This document shows, in pieces, positions 51,655-63,061 of a stretch of 64,000 bases of DNA. The position numbers and the translations under genes are program-made. A model generated the notes under the pieces. It saw only the letters and a program-made list of their open reading frames with translations. It searched no databases and was not told the DNA's origin. The DNA is from Ramazzottius varieornatus (taxonomy: Eukaryota; Animalia; Tardigrada), in the NCBI GenBank assembly GCA_001949185.1, contig BDGG01000001.1, forward strand, positions 386,128 through 450,127, written 5' to 3'. The first letter of the stretch is position 1. Each line of letters starts with the position of its first letter.

Positions 51655-53955
51655 ATGCTAAAGACCTTCATCCAGTCCGTCACACGGCAAAGTGGGAGAT
51701 TTATCAAGCTCGGTTCGCCTCCTCTCGCCGTATGCCCACGATGTGGCTCACAGTCTCTGTCAGCTTCGACCAAGTCAGCGGCACCGAAGAAGAGCAAGGC
51801 CAAATCGCCCGGCCAGATCGCAGCGGTAAGGTTTTGTTCGTTCTTTTCACTCGTGGAAAAATCAAATTCGTAACCGTACTTCGCTAGTTACTCCGTAGGC
51901 GAGGAAGAAGAAGGAGGCGGAATACAAGGTAGAAATAGACAGCCGCATCTCCGAGCTGGATTTCCCACTTGGCGACTACAACCTACAGATTAGCGGAAGG
52001 AATCCCTACCTGACCACTTCTGGCGCTCCCAAAAAGCTCTTCACGTCGACGAGGAATTTTCCCGGGGAGATGTACATTGGAAACCATGAATTTGCCAGTG
52101 AGTTTTTTCTTTCCAAAGTTTATCCTGAATTTCTTCTTGGTGGAGACTTTTCTTTGCAGATCGAGTAGCTTCTCTTATGTCCTTCTCTCCTTCCAAACCC
52201 CCTCTCATCGTCGAAGGTAACCCTGGTATGGGTCTCCTAACCTACGCCATGTTGGAGAAAGGTGCGAAGAAAATCCGGGCCTTTGAAGGAAGAGCTATCT
52301 TTGTTTACAGACTACAGGTAAAATGACTGTGACATTCTATCTTATACGTTTTCTTGTGTCATTTCATCATTTCGTGAAGTCGTATCATTTACAGTATGTA
52401 AATTTCGTGCCTTCTTAACTCCTGTGCTGCTTCGATGACTTCCTAGGCCATGCAAAAGCATTATGGATATGACAGGCTCGAACTCGTTTGTCCGTACAAT
52501 GTTTTCGACTACTTCAAGAAGTCCACAAAGAAACTGGACTTGCAGATTATCGCTGCCATGGCCAAAGCCGAAGAGTCCGCCCCCACTGATGCCTCGGCGG
52601 ATTCACCAGACTTCTCTCCGTCCACTGCTCCCAACAAAGTGGGCTTCAGCCTCGAGGAGCGCCTTGATCTCATGCTGAACCCTTCAAAAGGAGAGCCTCA
52701 AGAATGGTCGGACCCTGTTCCTGCGCTGAAGTTCGTCGGCGTGGTCCCACAACGGTGCGAAAGCGTCTTCTTGCGAAGGCTGCTGGACAATGTCGCCAAA
52801 AGAAAAGGCTTCTGCTCCCTTGGAAGGTAATACACATCCGTGAATTACTTTAACCTCTTATAATCGGTGAGTTCTGAAAACACCTTCAGAAATGGCGAAA
52901 CACGAAGTCGATGTATCTGGCAACCACCTGCATACATGTAGGCTTTGTCTGGCGCAGGGTTCACTGTATGCATGGTCACGTCAGATCTAATTAATGGGGC
53001 TTATTTGATCATGTACCTGCATACCACGGACCTTAGAGTTATATAGTGCATGGTCATACGCGGGTAACACAAAATTATCTTCTTCTGGTTTCAGGGCGGA
53101 ATTCTTCCTGCTGGTGTCTCCACGGACCTACACCATGCTGACCACACAACCTGGACCAAAGACAAACCTCCAAGTTTTCCGCTGGATGTCCATAGCAGCT
53201 CAAACCTTCTTCGATATTACCGCACTGGACACGGCACCTCGATCCTCTCTTCTGCCTCCAGTCCCAAAGTCCAAAGTCGAAGAAGCAAGCACCCAGTGGA
53301 CGTTAGTCAGACTGACGGCCAAACCTGATTTACCTGACTTGATCGACTGGACGCTCCTACCTGAGTTTATCTTCTTCCTCAAACAAGCCATGACGGCACG
53401 GTTAAAACCCGTCGTTCAATGGCTGGAAGGGTGAGTCATAAATTTCTTTGATATTTTCGGCAATGAAACTCGACGTTCATGTTTTCACCAACGGGCGCAC
53501 TACTTCGGTGTGGGGAGTTAGAATCGTGCGCCACTTGGGAAAATCAGCAGTCAAACTGGTTTTTAAACTGTCTCTTGAAGTGACGCACGACTGCGGTGTC
53601 AATAGCTGAAAGTGTGCTCCACTTGGGAAAAACGTTCTTATCCAGTCTGTTTGTCTACGTTTCAATTAACTTCTTTCGAAAGGCGGATATAATCATATTC
53701 ATGTTGTTCTCTGTTTGAAGGTGGATACCGGGCTACGGGAAGAAATATCTGGATCAAGGTAACAACATGTACATTCGGACGGGTGACTTGACAGCCCACC
53801 AGTGGACAGAGCTGTTTCGTGATATAGTAACTTCTGGTGATTACGCCAGTAGTAATCTGAAGATTGCTTTTGGTACGAGTGGTCAGTCGTTAGATGTGCT
53901 GGACGCTGATGAAGATGAACTAGAAGATGATAAGATCGTTTCGAGTATGGGATGA
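51655..53955 (+). CDS. TFB2M: Mitochondrial transcription factor B / dimethyladenosine transferase 2-like, multi-exon
   Basis: Basic targeting-type N-terminus; IVEGNPGMGLLTYAMLEKGAKKIRAFE SAM motif; W...PALKFVG; LGR.EF; F.FFLKQ. Confidence 0.8.
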
Positions 53956-54357
53956 ATAGTTTTAGTGTAAAATGTTCCGACTACTGTTTTTCGATGTGGA
54001 GCTTGTACCCTCAACGTCAATCGTACTTCCTACTTTCTTGCTTGATTTTTATTTTGTTCGATTAAAGCTCGCGATGGTCCCCATGACGTATATTTCTCTT
54101 AGAAATGATCAGCCTTCTTGGGTATAACCGTTTAACATGAAAAGTGGAGCTGTCATGTCATATGACGCTGCGTAACCTGCTAGCTGACATGACAAACTAC
54201 AGAACTGTTACCGAAGCGGCCTCTCTTTCAAGTTTCAATCCTCTCATAGGCTTCATTCCATTCCCAATATCCCATCTTCCTCTCGTTTCCTTCCGTCAAA
54301 TCTCGTCTAATCGCTAGGAATCTTACTTGCCTTCTCCTTCTTTGATCCCCGGAAAAC

Positions 54358-56612
54358 ATGGCAGGTCGAAGCTTCAACAACTACGGTAGAGGAGGTGGTG
54401 GTGGTGGCGACTTCGGAGGTGGGTAACGATAATCAGCTGACGATTCGGCTTGAACCAGGTCGCTTTCCCATGTGGTGCACGCTTTCAGCTAATAGTAAGC
54501 GAAACCTGCGCCACTTGAGATGGTGACTGTCTAAATGTCTAACGTAAATCATCTGTCCCTTATGCCAACGTTGCCTTTCTTTCCCTTATCTAGGAGGTGG
54601 TGGAGGTTTCAATAACACACAGTACGGCGACGGTGGAGGCTACGGTGGCGCAGGAGGTGGTGGATATGGAGACAACGCTGGATATGGTTTTACTGGTGGA
54701 GGAGGCTTCTTGGCTGACGGACAGAATGACAACTCCATGACCCAGGCTGGAGGAGACAAGAAGGTTTGGAGCTCGTTTTCAGATACGCTGAAGATTGTAT
54801 TATCAGAGTGTTTATTCGTAGGGCGCTGGAAGAAGCCCAGAAGTAGTGCCTGTGACGATTGCCGAGATCAGACAGAATATGACTGGATCAACTGACGACA
54901 GGATGCGCATTGGCAACGTCGAAGTCCATCGAGTGAGTACTTCCTTTCATCTTGTGACCTGATTTATCTCCGTTCTTCCCTCTTGTGCTCTGTCAGTTCA
55001 TCTGTAGAACTCGGAGCGTGCGAGAAGCTAGGAGATAATTCCCGTTGAAATTTTGAAGCCGTTGGAAAACAATTCCTGTTTTCGGTCAATCAACCAAAAA
55101 TTCAACTCGCATCAGTCAGCCAGGCTTTATTGTCTATGCTGTATGCCTGACCGTGCGGCTGACGTCACTAACAGTAGCCTTCAGGCATGCCTGAAGGCTT
55201 TCTGACGTCAAGAGCTCGTTTTTGGAAGTCATCGCACCACAGCTTTGTTTCCACAGCTGCCCGAATCGCAGCAGTTTCCGGTGCAGTTGGAAGCTCTTTT
55301 TTAGCTTAATGTAACAGTCGCCCTACGTTCTATAGGTGGTGGTTGTGGGACAAGTAAAAAGAATCACCCATTCAGCGACGGCAGTAACGTACGAGCTGGA
55401 TGACAAGACAGGCCAGACGATCGAAGCGAAAATGTGGCTGGATTCCCCGGTAAGAAAGTACAGTATCATTCATATTTTAATCCTTTCGAGAGAAGCAATG
55501 TAACTGTGGTTTGTCTTGCAGGAAGATCTTCAGAATCAGTTGTCCACCGTCGAAGTCTCCAAATACGTGCGAGTCTTTGGTAGCTTGAAGACGTTTCAGA
55601 ACACCGTCAACGTGGTCGCCTTCGCCATCATCGAGATCCAGGACATGAACGAAATCTCCATGCACATCCTCGAAGTCGTGCATTCTCACGCCGTTCTCAG
55701 AAAGATGTCCGGAGAGTCGGTAAGTTTTTGAGAGTATGACAACGATAGAAACAAACTTAACATTGTTGGAATTCTTTTCTGAATTAATCAAGAAATTATT
55801 TTATAACTCAAAAATACTGGTTAAAATGATTCTGTTATTTTCAGGGTGGTTCCGCTGGGGCCAACCAAGCTACAAAGTACCACAACTCGACCACCGTGGT
55901 CGGTGGAGTTCAGAGTATGGGTGGTGGAGATGACTACAATAACGGATATGGCGCCAATATTCCTCAAGGCTTCAACGCCTGCCAAGCCGCGGTAAGAAGT
56001 CCTCGTTTTGGTCCGTACTAACCTATGTCAGTTGTTAGAGTCTTTTCTCCTGTTTATAGGTGTTCCAACACATTCTACAAAATAGTGCCGATGAACAAAA
56101 CGACGGCACCGACGTGAACGAACTGGTCAACCTCATGGCCCGACAGTTTCCGAAGCATGAAATCCTGTAAGTGAAACTGAACTGAGTGCTCGGCAGAACA
56201 TACTCCGAAAAGATCATTTTGCTAAGCGGCGTACGCTTTCGATGATATTGTCTGGAAACATGCGCCGATCGGAAATACCGTCTTGCCGAGTTTGATTGTA
56301 TATCAAAGTGGCGCATGTCCTCAGTGTTATCTGTTGGAGTATTGCGCTACTTGAAAACGATCTTGACGAATTTCGTTTCCAAGTGGCGCACTGTTTCAGT
56401 GCTGCTGGCTGAGAGCGTGCGCCACTTGGGAAAGGATCTGGACGAGTTTGTTTGCCGAGCTCCCAGTTTGCAAATTCGGCCGTGTGTTAATCGGATGGAA
56501 GTTCTCTGACAGTATGTGCACTTACAGGGGAGCAGTCGACTTGTTGAACCAAGAAGGTCACATTTTCTCCACCATAACAGATCATCATTTCAAAGCAATG
56601 GGTAGCAATTAG
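54358..56612 (+). CDS. RPA2: Replication protein A 32-kDa subunit, multi-exon
   Basis: Gly-rich N-terminus, VPVTI, VTYELDDKTG.IEAKMW, YVRVFGSLKTFQ...DMNEISMHILEV, C-terminal LLNQEGHIFSTITDHHFK. Confidence 0.95.
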
Positions 56613-56976
56613 TCTGTTTATGTTGGACTTGTTGTACTCAATTGCACTACTCCTGTCTCTACCAACTTCAACCAAAATACACGTTGTGATAGCTTCATTT
56701 TCCTTCCAGCAGATGTTTTGTACTGTTGATTCATGCCTTTTTATGGACGATAAACCCTGGTTCCTTCTTTTTGCTCTACCTCGCTGTTCAGTAAAGTTCT
56801 TGTCGTCAACTTGCAGTTTGAATTGAAAGATGTATCATCGGTGCGTGTGTTAGTGACGGGAATGGCGAAAAAAGTTTTACCGTTACGTATAGTTCTCATT
56901 TCAATCAGATCGACCACATTTTTGGCCAGATGCGGTCGCGCAAAGGCGATACGTTTTCATCGATAGTGCAAACGGT

Positions 56977-57049
56977 GCCCGGCTAGCTCAGTCGGTAGAG
57001 CGCGAGACTCTTAATCTCGATGTCGGGGGTTCGAGCCCCCCGTTGGGCG
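56977..57049 (+). tRNA. tRNA-Lys(CTT)
   Basis: GCCCGGCTAGCTCAGTCGGTAGAGC...CTCTTAA...GGTTCGAGCCC..TTGGGCG cloverleaf with A and B boxes. Confidence 0.97.
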
Positions 57050-57051
57050 AC

Positions 57052-57058
57052 TTTTTTT
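57052..57058 (+). terminator. Pol III terminator (T7)
   Basis: T-run directly after the tRNA. Confidence 0.8.
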
Positions 57059-57203
57059 CTCCAGAACTGAATAATTTTCACTACAGTGTCTGGGAACATA
57101 AATAAGACCAAAAGGGCAACGCAGGTTTGAGCGGTCGTCTGAATTGTCGTTAACAATTTAGATCGTATTCACACCCTGTATGCCTGGGACTCGCTGTCTT
57201 TAA

Positions 57204-57729
57204 CACCTTGAGCACGCGGCGGGAAACTCACTCTCCCGGCACACACTCATTTGTCCGTAGCGAAGTTCCAGTTTATCTTTTGTTCCCCGTTTTTTCCGTT
57301 TCCTCGAACAATCAAACCTTCTTCAAACCAAAGCTAGCGGCTACTGGACACTGGCTTTGCAAACCTGTCTGGAACTATTCTCCTTTTTAAAGGAATTCCG
57401 CCGTAGCCAGCAAATTGCTTTTCAGCAAGGCTCTCAGTTAGTCCAGAGTCACCAAAATAATTGCTGCGCGAGTCCAAACATTTTAGTATCTTGCGACAGT
57501 TTCAGTTTCGTGAAAAGATCTGCCCAGTGGTCATGAAAGAATCACGAAGCCTGGCCGTTTTGAGTTGGCAGGTGGTGCAGGTGGCGCACTTCCCAAATTT
57601 TGACCAATCAACGAGGTGGTAATTGGTTTAATTTGGCACCGCCCCCAAGTTTTAACCAGTTAAAATAAGGCGAAAGTGACTTTCCCGCATCGTATTCTGA
57701 AAGCACAAAATCGCGTAGTGCTCAAGGTG
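57204..57729. mobile_element. piggyBac-like non-autonomous element
   Basis: TTAA|CACCTTGAGCAC...GTGCTCAAGGTG|TTAA. Confidence 0.85.
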
Positions 57730-60350
57730 TTAAGGATTTCCCAGACAGTGACGCCCATGTTGCCATGGAATATTACCACTTTGTGGCTTAAAATTCGAAC
57801 TTAGCACTTTCTTTTGCTTCGCGTTTTAACAGTCTGTTACCAGCTGTCTCGGAATCATATCGTTCGCGACAGATGTAAAACCAGTAGAGGAATGGCTTGT
57901 GTAGAGTGCTGTCTAAACTTCCGTCACGAATATTGCTGCTCTGTGCGGCCAATCTTGCAGCAAACCAGAGAAAAAAAATTCGAGAAAGAGAGTCAGTACG
58001 ATAATTGCGTGCAGCTGTCGAGAACGATGAGCACCAGTAATGCAACGTTTGGGCTGTTTTAAAGACTTGGTCAAAGATTCGAGTTCAAGTTTCCTGCAAT
58101 GACATTTAACAGCAAACAGGACCGATGGATGCAATCATAATTTGTAGACCAGCACTCTTCGAACGAATGAGGAAAGCGTTACTATGAGTCATCAGAAATC
58201 GCCAGAGAGAATAAAATATTGAGATCAACACCGAGCCAGACCACGTGGCACCGCCTACATCGATGGGTTACTGTCTGGAAAAACCTTCCTTTCACGATTA
58301 GACATGTCAGTCCCCTCATGACATACAGCAGTAGCGCCAACAGCTTGCACTTGTCATGGAGTGACTGGACTCTAATGAACCATTAATTCATCGGCGAGGA
58401 ATAAGTCATTTAGCATGAAATGATTATCAATCGCCTCAGAGCTTCTCAGGTGACCATACGGAAACTTGCGGGCACTGGGTTTGTAACAGTTGCAACGAGG
58501 CTGGTGCCGCTTCCGGAGAAAACGGTAGTTACGTGGAAGCCGACCCTAGCTTTGGCTACCTTCCCTGATGATGATCCGCAGACACGTATTTTGCTAGGCC
58601 GTAACCGACGTGACGAATGTCACATCGGTAGCAATTCAGCGGGAAAATCCTTCCTTTGTCACCTTCAACCTTAAGCAGGTGAACCGAAAGCGTTTTCAGG
58701 ATCATAGGCCACTTCAGAAATCCTGCGGTCTGCTCGCAATGTGGGTTGCAAGGGAGTTTGCTGACCTTAAAGCAGCGGGAACTTTCTGGAAGTGGCAAAG
58801 TTGGCGGTAAACAACCTCAAAACACTAAGCTCCGTGTCATGAACGGAAAAAATGGTCTTTTTCGCTCTTGTTTGTCACAGAGTGGACCGGTTTCTTCTAA
58901 CTTTGAAACCCATGCAGTAAACCGTTGGTGATCGAGGTTTCTGCATCAGCCGATTCCCTGCGAAAGCCACCGGAAGTCCACAAACCGAATCTCCAGTCTG
59001 AAGCTGATTTTGCCGAGTCAGCTTATGACGACACAGTACCGAGCAGACGGTGAACGCACGAGTTTGTGCGATACCAGCTTTTTCCAAACAAGTGCGATTG
59101 TGGCCAGCAATACGCTTCACAAATGCTGATCAAGTTACAATCAGCTGATGCGGTGCCGTGTGGCTCATTAGATCAGCGTATTTCTTCTAACCAAACGTTA
59201 CGCCATGCTTCAAGCTCTTGTGAACACTATAAACTAACCATGTCGTCACCAGCCCCACCTATGATCGGTCCCACGAACCCTGATTTCGGGTTTTCATCCC
59301 AAAACCCTCACGTGACTCGCCCAATGGCACCATCAAAGAACACCTAAATCTTCCGACTCGAATGGGAAAGTTGACTATCACCAATGGTTTGTGTAGATAT
59401 AAAGAGTTGGGAAGACCTCAGATATCTCTGGGGCAAACGAGAGTGAAAAAGCCGTTTTTCCCGTTCGTGACATGGAGCTTACTGTCTCCGCTGGAGAAAT
59501 CTTCCCATGAACTAGAGGTCATAAAGACCTTCCTCCGGGGAGCGTGCGTCCGCCACTGGCTTTAGGAGCCTCCAGAACGTTTCCAACAGACGTCGGCTGC
59601 AGAGCCCTGAGATTTGGAGCGGAAAACGATAGGACGTCTGCACTTCGTCCTGCAAGTCTGGGCGTGTTTTGAGGACGGCAATGCCGACTCGGTGTTCGGA
59701 TATGGCGAATAACTCGCAACGTTCGAACCCAGAAAGAGGTAACCTTTGCATCTTAAAGTATGGTTCGACACCGTTTAACCTGCGCTGAAGGATGGCGACA
59801 TAAGGATCTGAATAAGTATTGAGATGACCAACACCGTCTTCCTTGATTACGGTGTAGCCCGGTGGTGTAGTAGGTGGACCTTGTAGGTCCACAGTACCGT
59901 GTATGTACCCATACAGGTCTCAGGATACGGTAGCTAACAAAACGTTGCCAGTCGTGATAGCGAATGAGTTCTACATTCCTCGAAAAGCCTGTGCAATGTG
60001 CTAGGTATCTTTAATCTGCAACTTATCGACGTGCCTTGCCATTTTGCGTCCGTGGTAAAAAGCGGTTAGCTTGTCAGCTCCAGCCCAACAGACAAACCAT
60101 CAAGCGGATCGAATGAGGACCGTCTACCGAGACGTACCGAGAGGAGAAGAACAGTGGAAAGCATAACGGAACAGCTACATTACGCACTTGAACCACGTCA
60201 TTTTCGAGCGTACTACTCAATCTGTGATAACCTCACATTACAGAGAAACTTGAAAAACTCCAGATTGCATCTGATGGCATGACAGCGATGAGTGATCACA
60301 ACGGTACAGTGTGCAGAAAGTTGTTGCTGCGCAATACCACCGACTTACTA

Positions 60351-60543
60351 TAGAGATTGCGGAAACTCGTCAGGGACGACCGATCAGCATCAGCATCAGG
60401 ATCACGATCAGGAAGTTCATCCGAAAAAAACCACAACATTGGCACAGCATCAATGAATCACTTGTCAATGTTGTCGTTTTTGTGAATGGATTTTCTGATC
60501 CTGATCCTGACGCCTCGTTCCTGACAGGTTTCCGCAATCCCTC
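60351..60543. mobile_element. Fold-back MITE-like palindrome
   Basis: GATTGCGGAAAC..GTCAGG / CCTGACAGGTTTCCGCAATC with mirrored GATCAG subrepeats. Confidence 0.65.
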
Positions 60544-61494
60544 AGCAGTACTTGGCGGCAGATAATACCAGCAAAGAGTATAGATTAGGTAGAGGAACCG
60601 CTGTGTATAGCGTGGAGCCGTAAAACCTCAAACATGGAAGCGGTAGAGACACTTGCCACTACTAACGAACACTGCCATTGGTATGACGCCAAAAAGGCCG
60701 CGCCTCGGTGCAGTCGGGACTAGTTTGGCCGGTCCGGCAGGTACGGTTCGGCCTATCGGGTTACACCGAAAGAAAGAAATTTCCCGAAGTCATACATCTG
60801 AACCGAGCCTGGACTGGGTGCTAGTCCGGCAATGACTTTATGGTTGAAAGACTGGGTGACGTACGTACGCCTTCCCCTACCTAGTCTATACTCTCTGAGT
60901 CTCTGACACCAGGATTGAGGTTCGATAGCGCTGACAAAGCAAACTGCAGTTTTATTTGACGACGGCATTAATCTGCTGTCCAAGGACCAGGACTAACCAC
61001 ACGGTTGTACCGTAGTTGTTCCGATACTAACTTGCAAGAGACCATCAGTACTAAGGTGGTCACTTCCGTCTCGAATGTCGCTATTCTGTTCGCACACGGC
61101 GACGGCCCTGCAGCGCACCAGAGAGTAAGATTCGGGACAGTGAGCAGGCAATATTTTTACAGTGTTGCGAATTAGCCGAGTTTAATGCCTAGGGAGGATA
61201 AAGCACAGAAGCTGAGAAGGAGTTTTTGAATCGTTCAATAACAGTATATCGCCTCTTCAAACCAAAGAATTTGATTTTTCAATGAGTACCCTAAGTTACC
61301 CCTATGCCTTACGTTGGAGCGTCCTGCAGTTCTGTACTGGACCTACAGTGACAAAGACAAGAAGCAATCGTTTCTAGATCACCGCTATTGCTGGTAAGGA
61401 AACTGCTTACCCCCTTGCCACTGAGATTGAGAGGTGGTCGAAGCATGTTGGCCATCCCAGCGAAAATATACTGGAATGCAGTGCAGCAAAAGTT

Positions 61495-63061
61495 GGCCAC
61501 CGGACCGATAAGGGTATCCGCCGTCTTCATGCTGCGGTTACATTGTCTCTGCGTGACAGATCAAAGAGGCCGTGGTACAGCTCAGTATCTCAAACAACTG
61601 GATATCGTAAAAGGCTGTTTCGGAAAGCAAAACACTTCGGACGCATTGTCGTGTGCAGATACCCATATGAGATCGCCATGATCATCTTAAGAATTATTCG
61701 GGTAACGTTCGGGCCGTTGATGTCGCACCTTTTGGACCGACTTCGATACTTGTCGCGACTGGACAATGAGGGCGGCGTCAAGCACATACGGTAGCAAAGC
61801 ACACATGACCTCATGGGTGTCCGGTGGTGGCAGGAGCTTTCGGAATACGGCAAGAACAGCCTTTCCGTATTCAGGGTAAACGCGCGTTCAGAAATTGACT
61901 CGCCCGCATAAAATTAAATGTTGTGTCAAATGATGGCTGACTCGGACTACCTAAAGCTGACTCACGGGGGTGGTTGTAAGCTCACGATACGCCGTTTCTC
62001 ATCAGACTGTTTTTCACCAAGGTAGACATGAGGATGGTGTGGTTTCACCACACCACACCGAAAAAAACCACTCTTTTTGGTTTCGGTGTGCTTGAAACAC
62101 CAAATCGAAAAATTGGTGTCCGAGTTACCCCGAATTTGCCGTTTCGGTGTCTAGGAACACTACATCACACCAAACCGAAAACCTTTTGGTGCACCAGATT
62201 TAATGAGCTAGTCAGCCAGCTTGGGCTAGATGAGTATCGCAAACTCGCTGTTTCACCCCGTGGTTGATTCGACTAACTGTTGATTGTTTAAGCTGCGAAA
62301 ATCTGAGCGATGGTTTTCGCGTGCTGGTAAGGTCGTTACCAAGCCTAGAAGTTCACTAGATAGTCCGACCGTGCAAGTTAGATGTGTTTGAAATCTTGGT
62401 ATTTTTTTGAGTTTCCTACAGCGCAGTTTGATTTGTCGATGACGGATTAATAAATTGTGAATTCGCTCTTTGAAACTTTTTTCGGTTTTTCGATTTGGTT
62501 TGGTGTGGTGCACCGAAAGAGTGGTGTCCGATCCACACCACACCGGAAAAAGTGGTGTGGCTTTCGCACCGAAAAACCAGTTTCGGTGTGGAGAAGCACC
62601 GAACCGAAAAACACCACACCACACTTAATCACACTTTTCTCAGATCTACACCAAGGCATTGTTTTGAAATTCATCTTTCGGTTACCAGAAATATCGGTTT
62701 CGTATAGTTTGGCCGTTCTTCTACGATGTCGCCTGTCAGGCCTGGCACAACCAGGACTGACATTCCATAAAAACTTCGTAGAATTGCGGACCTTTTAGGG
62801 AAACATGAGTACAAAAAGCTGGCGAGAGCCAGTAGCAGCTCAGCGCGTGCGGGGCGCTGACTTCCTCGCTGGGAAACAATCACTTTCGGTAAAACGATCC
62901 GTCTCTTACTGCGTATTACGAAGATGAAAATCTGCTAGCCAAATCTCTTTTTCGCCTCTCTACGCGCTCTTTCGTATATCAATCAAAGTAAATTTTTTCG
63001 TACGAGAGAGACAACGTGACCCAGCATGAAAACGGCGGATACCCTTAACGGTCCGGTAGCC
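61495..63061. mobile_element. Non-autonomous TIR element (~60-bp TIRs) hosting a nested hAT element
   Basis: GGCCACCGGACCGATAAGGGTATCCGCCGTCTTCATGCTG versus CAGCATGAAAACGGCGGATACCCTTAACGGTCCGGTAGCC. Confidence 0.75.
62023..62648. mobile_element. Non-autonomous hAT element
   Basis: TAGA..TCTA termini, 8-bp target duplication CACCAAGG (62015-62022 and 62649-62656), subterminal ACACC/GGTGT repeats. Confidence 0.88.

Larger units (their letters stand above)
16831..56427. repeat. Dispersed 47-bp palindrome family AAGTGGCGCAC-N25-GTGCGCCACTT
   Basis: Copies at 16831, 17329, 21867, 39965, 40778, 46310, 48662, 48743, 50187, 53490, 53578, 54470, 56306 and 56381. Confidence 0.9.

Noticed and set aside
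16831-56427. Repeat-spacer-repeat palindromes as a CRISPR-like array or recombination cassette
   Set aside because: Arms are inverted, copies are dispersed singly or in pairs in eukaryotic introns, and there is no cas or recombinase gene.
62253-62798. Several overlapping ORFs as genes
   Set aside because: They derive from the subterminal repeats of the hAT element.
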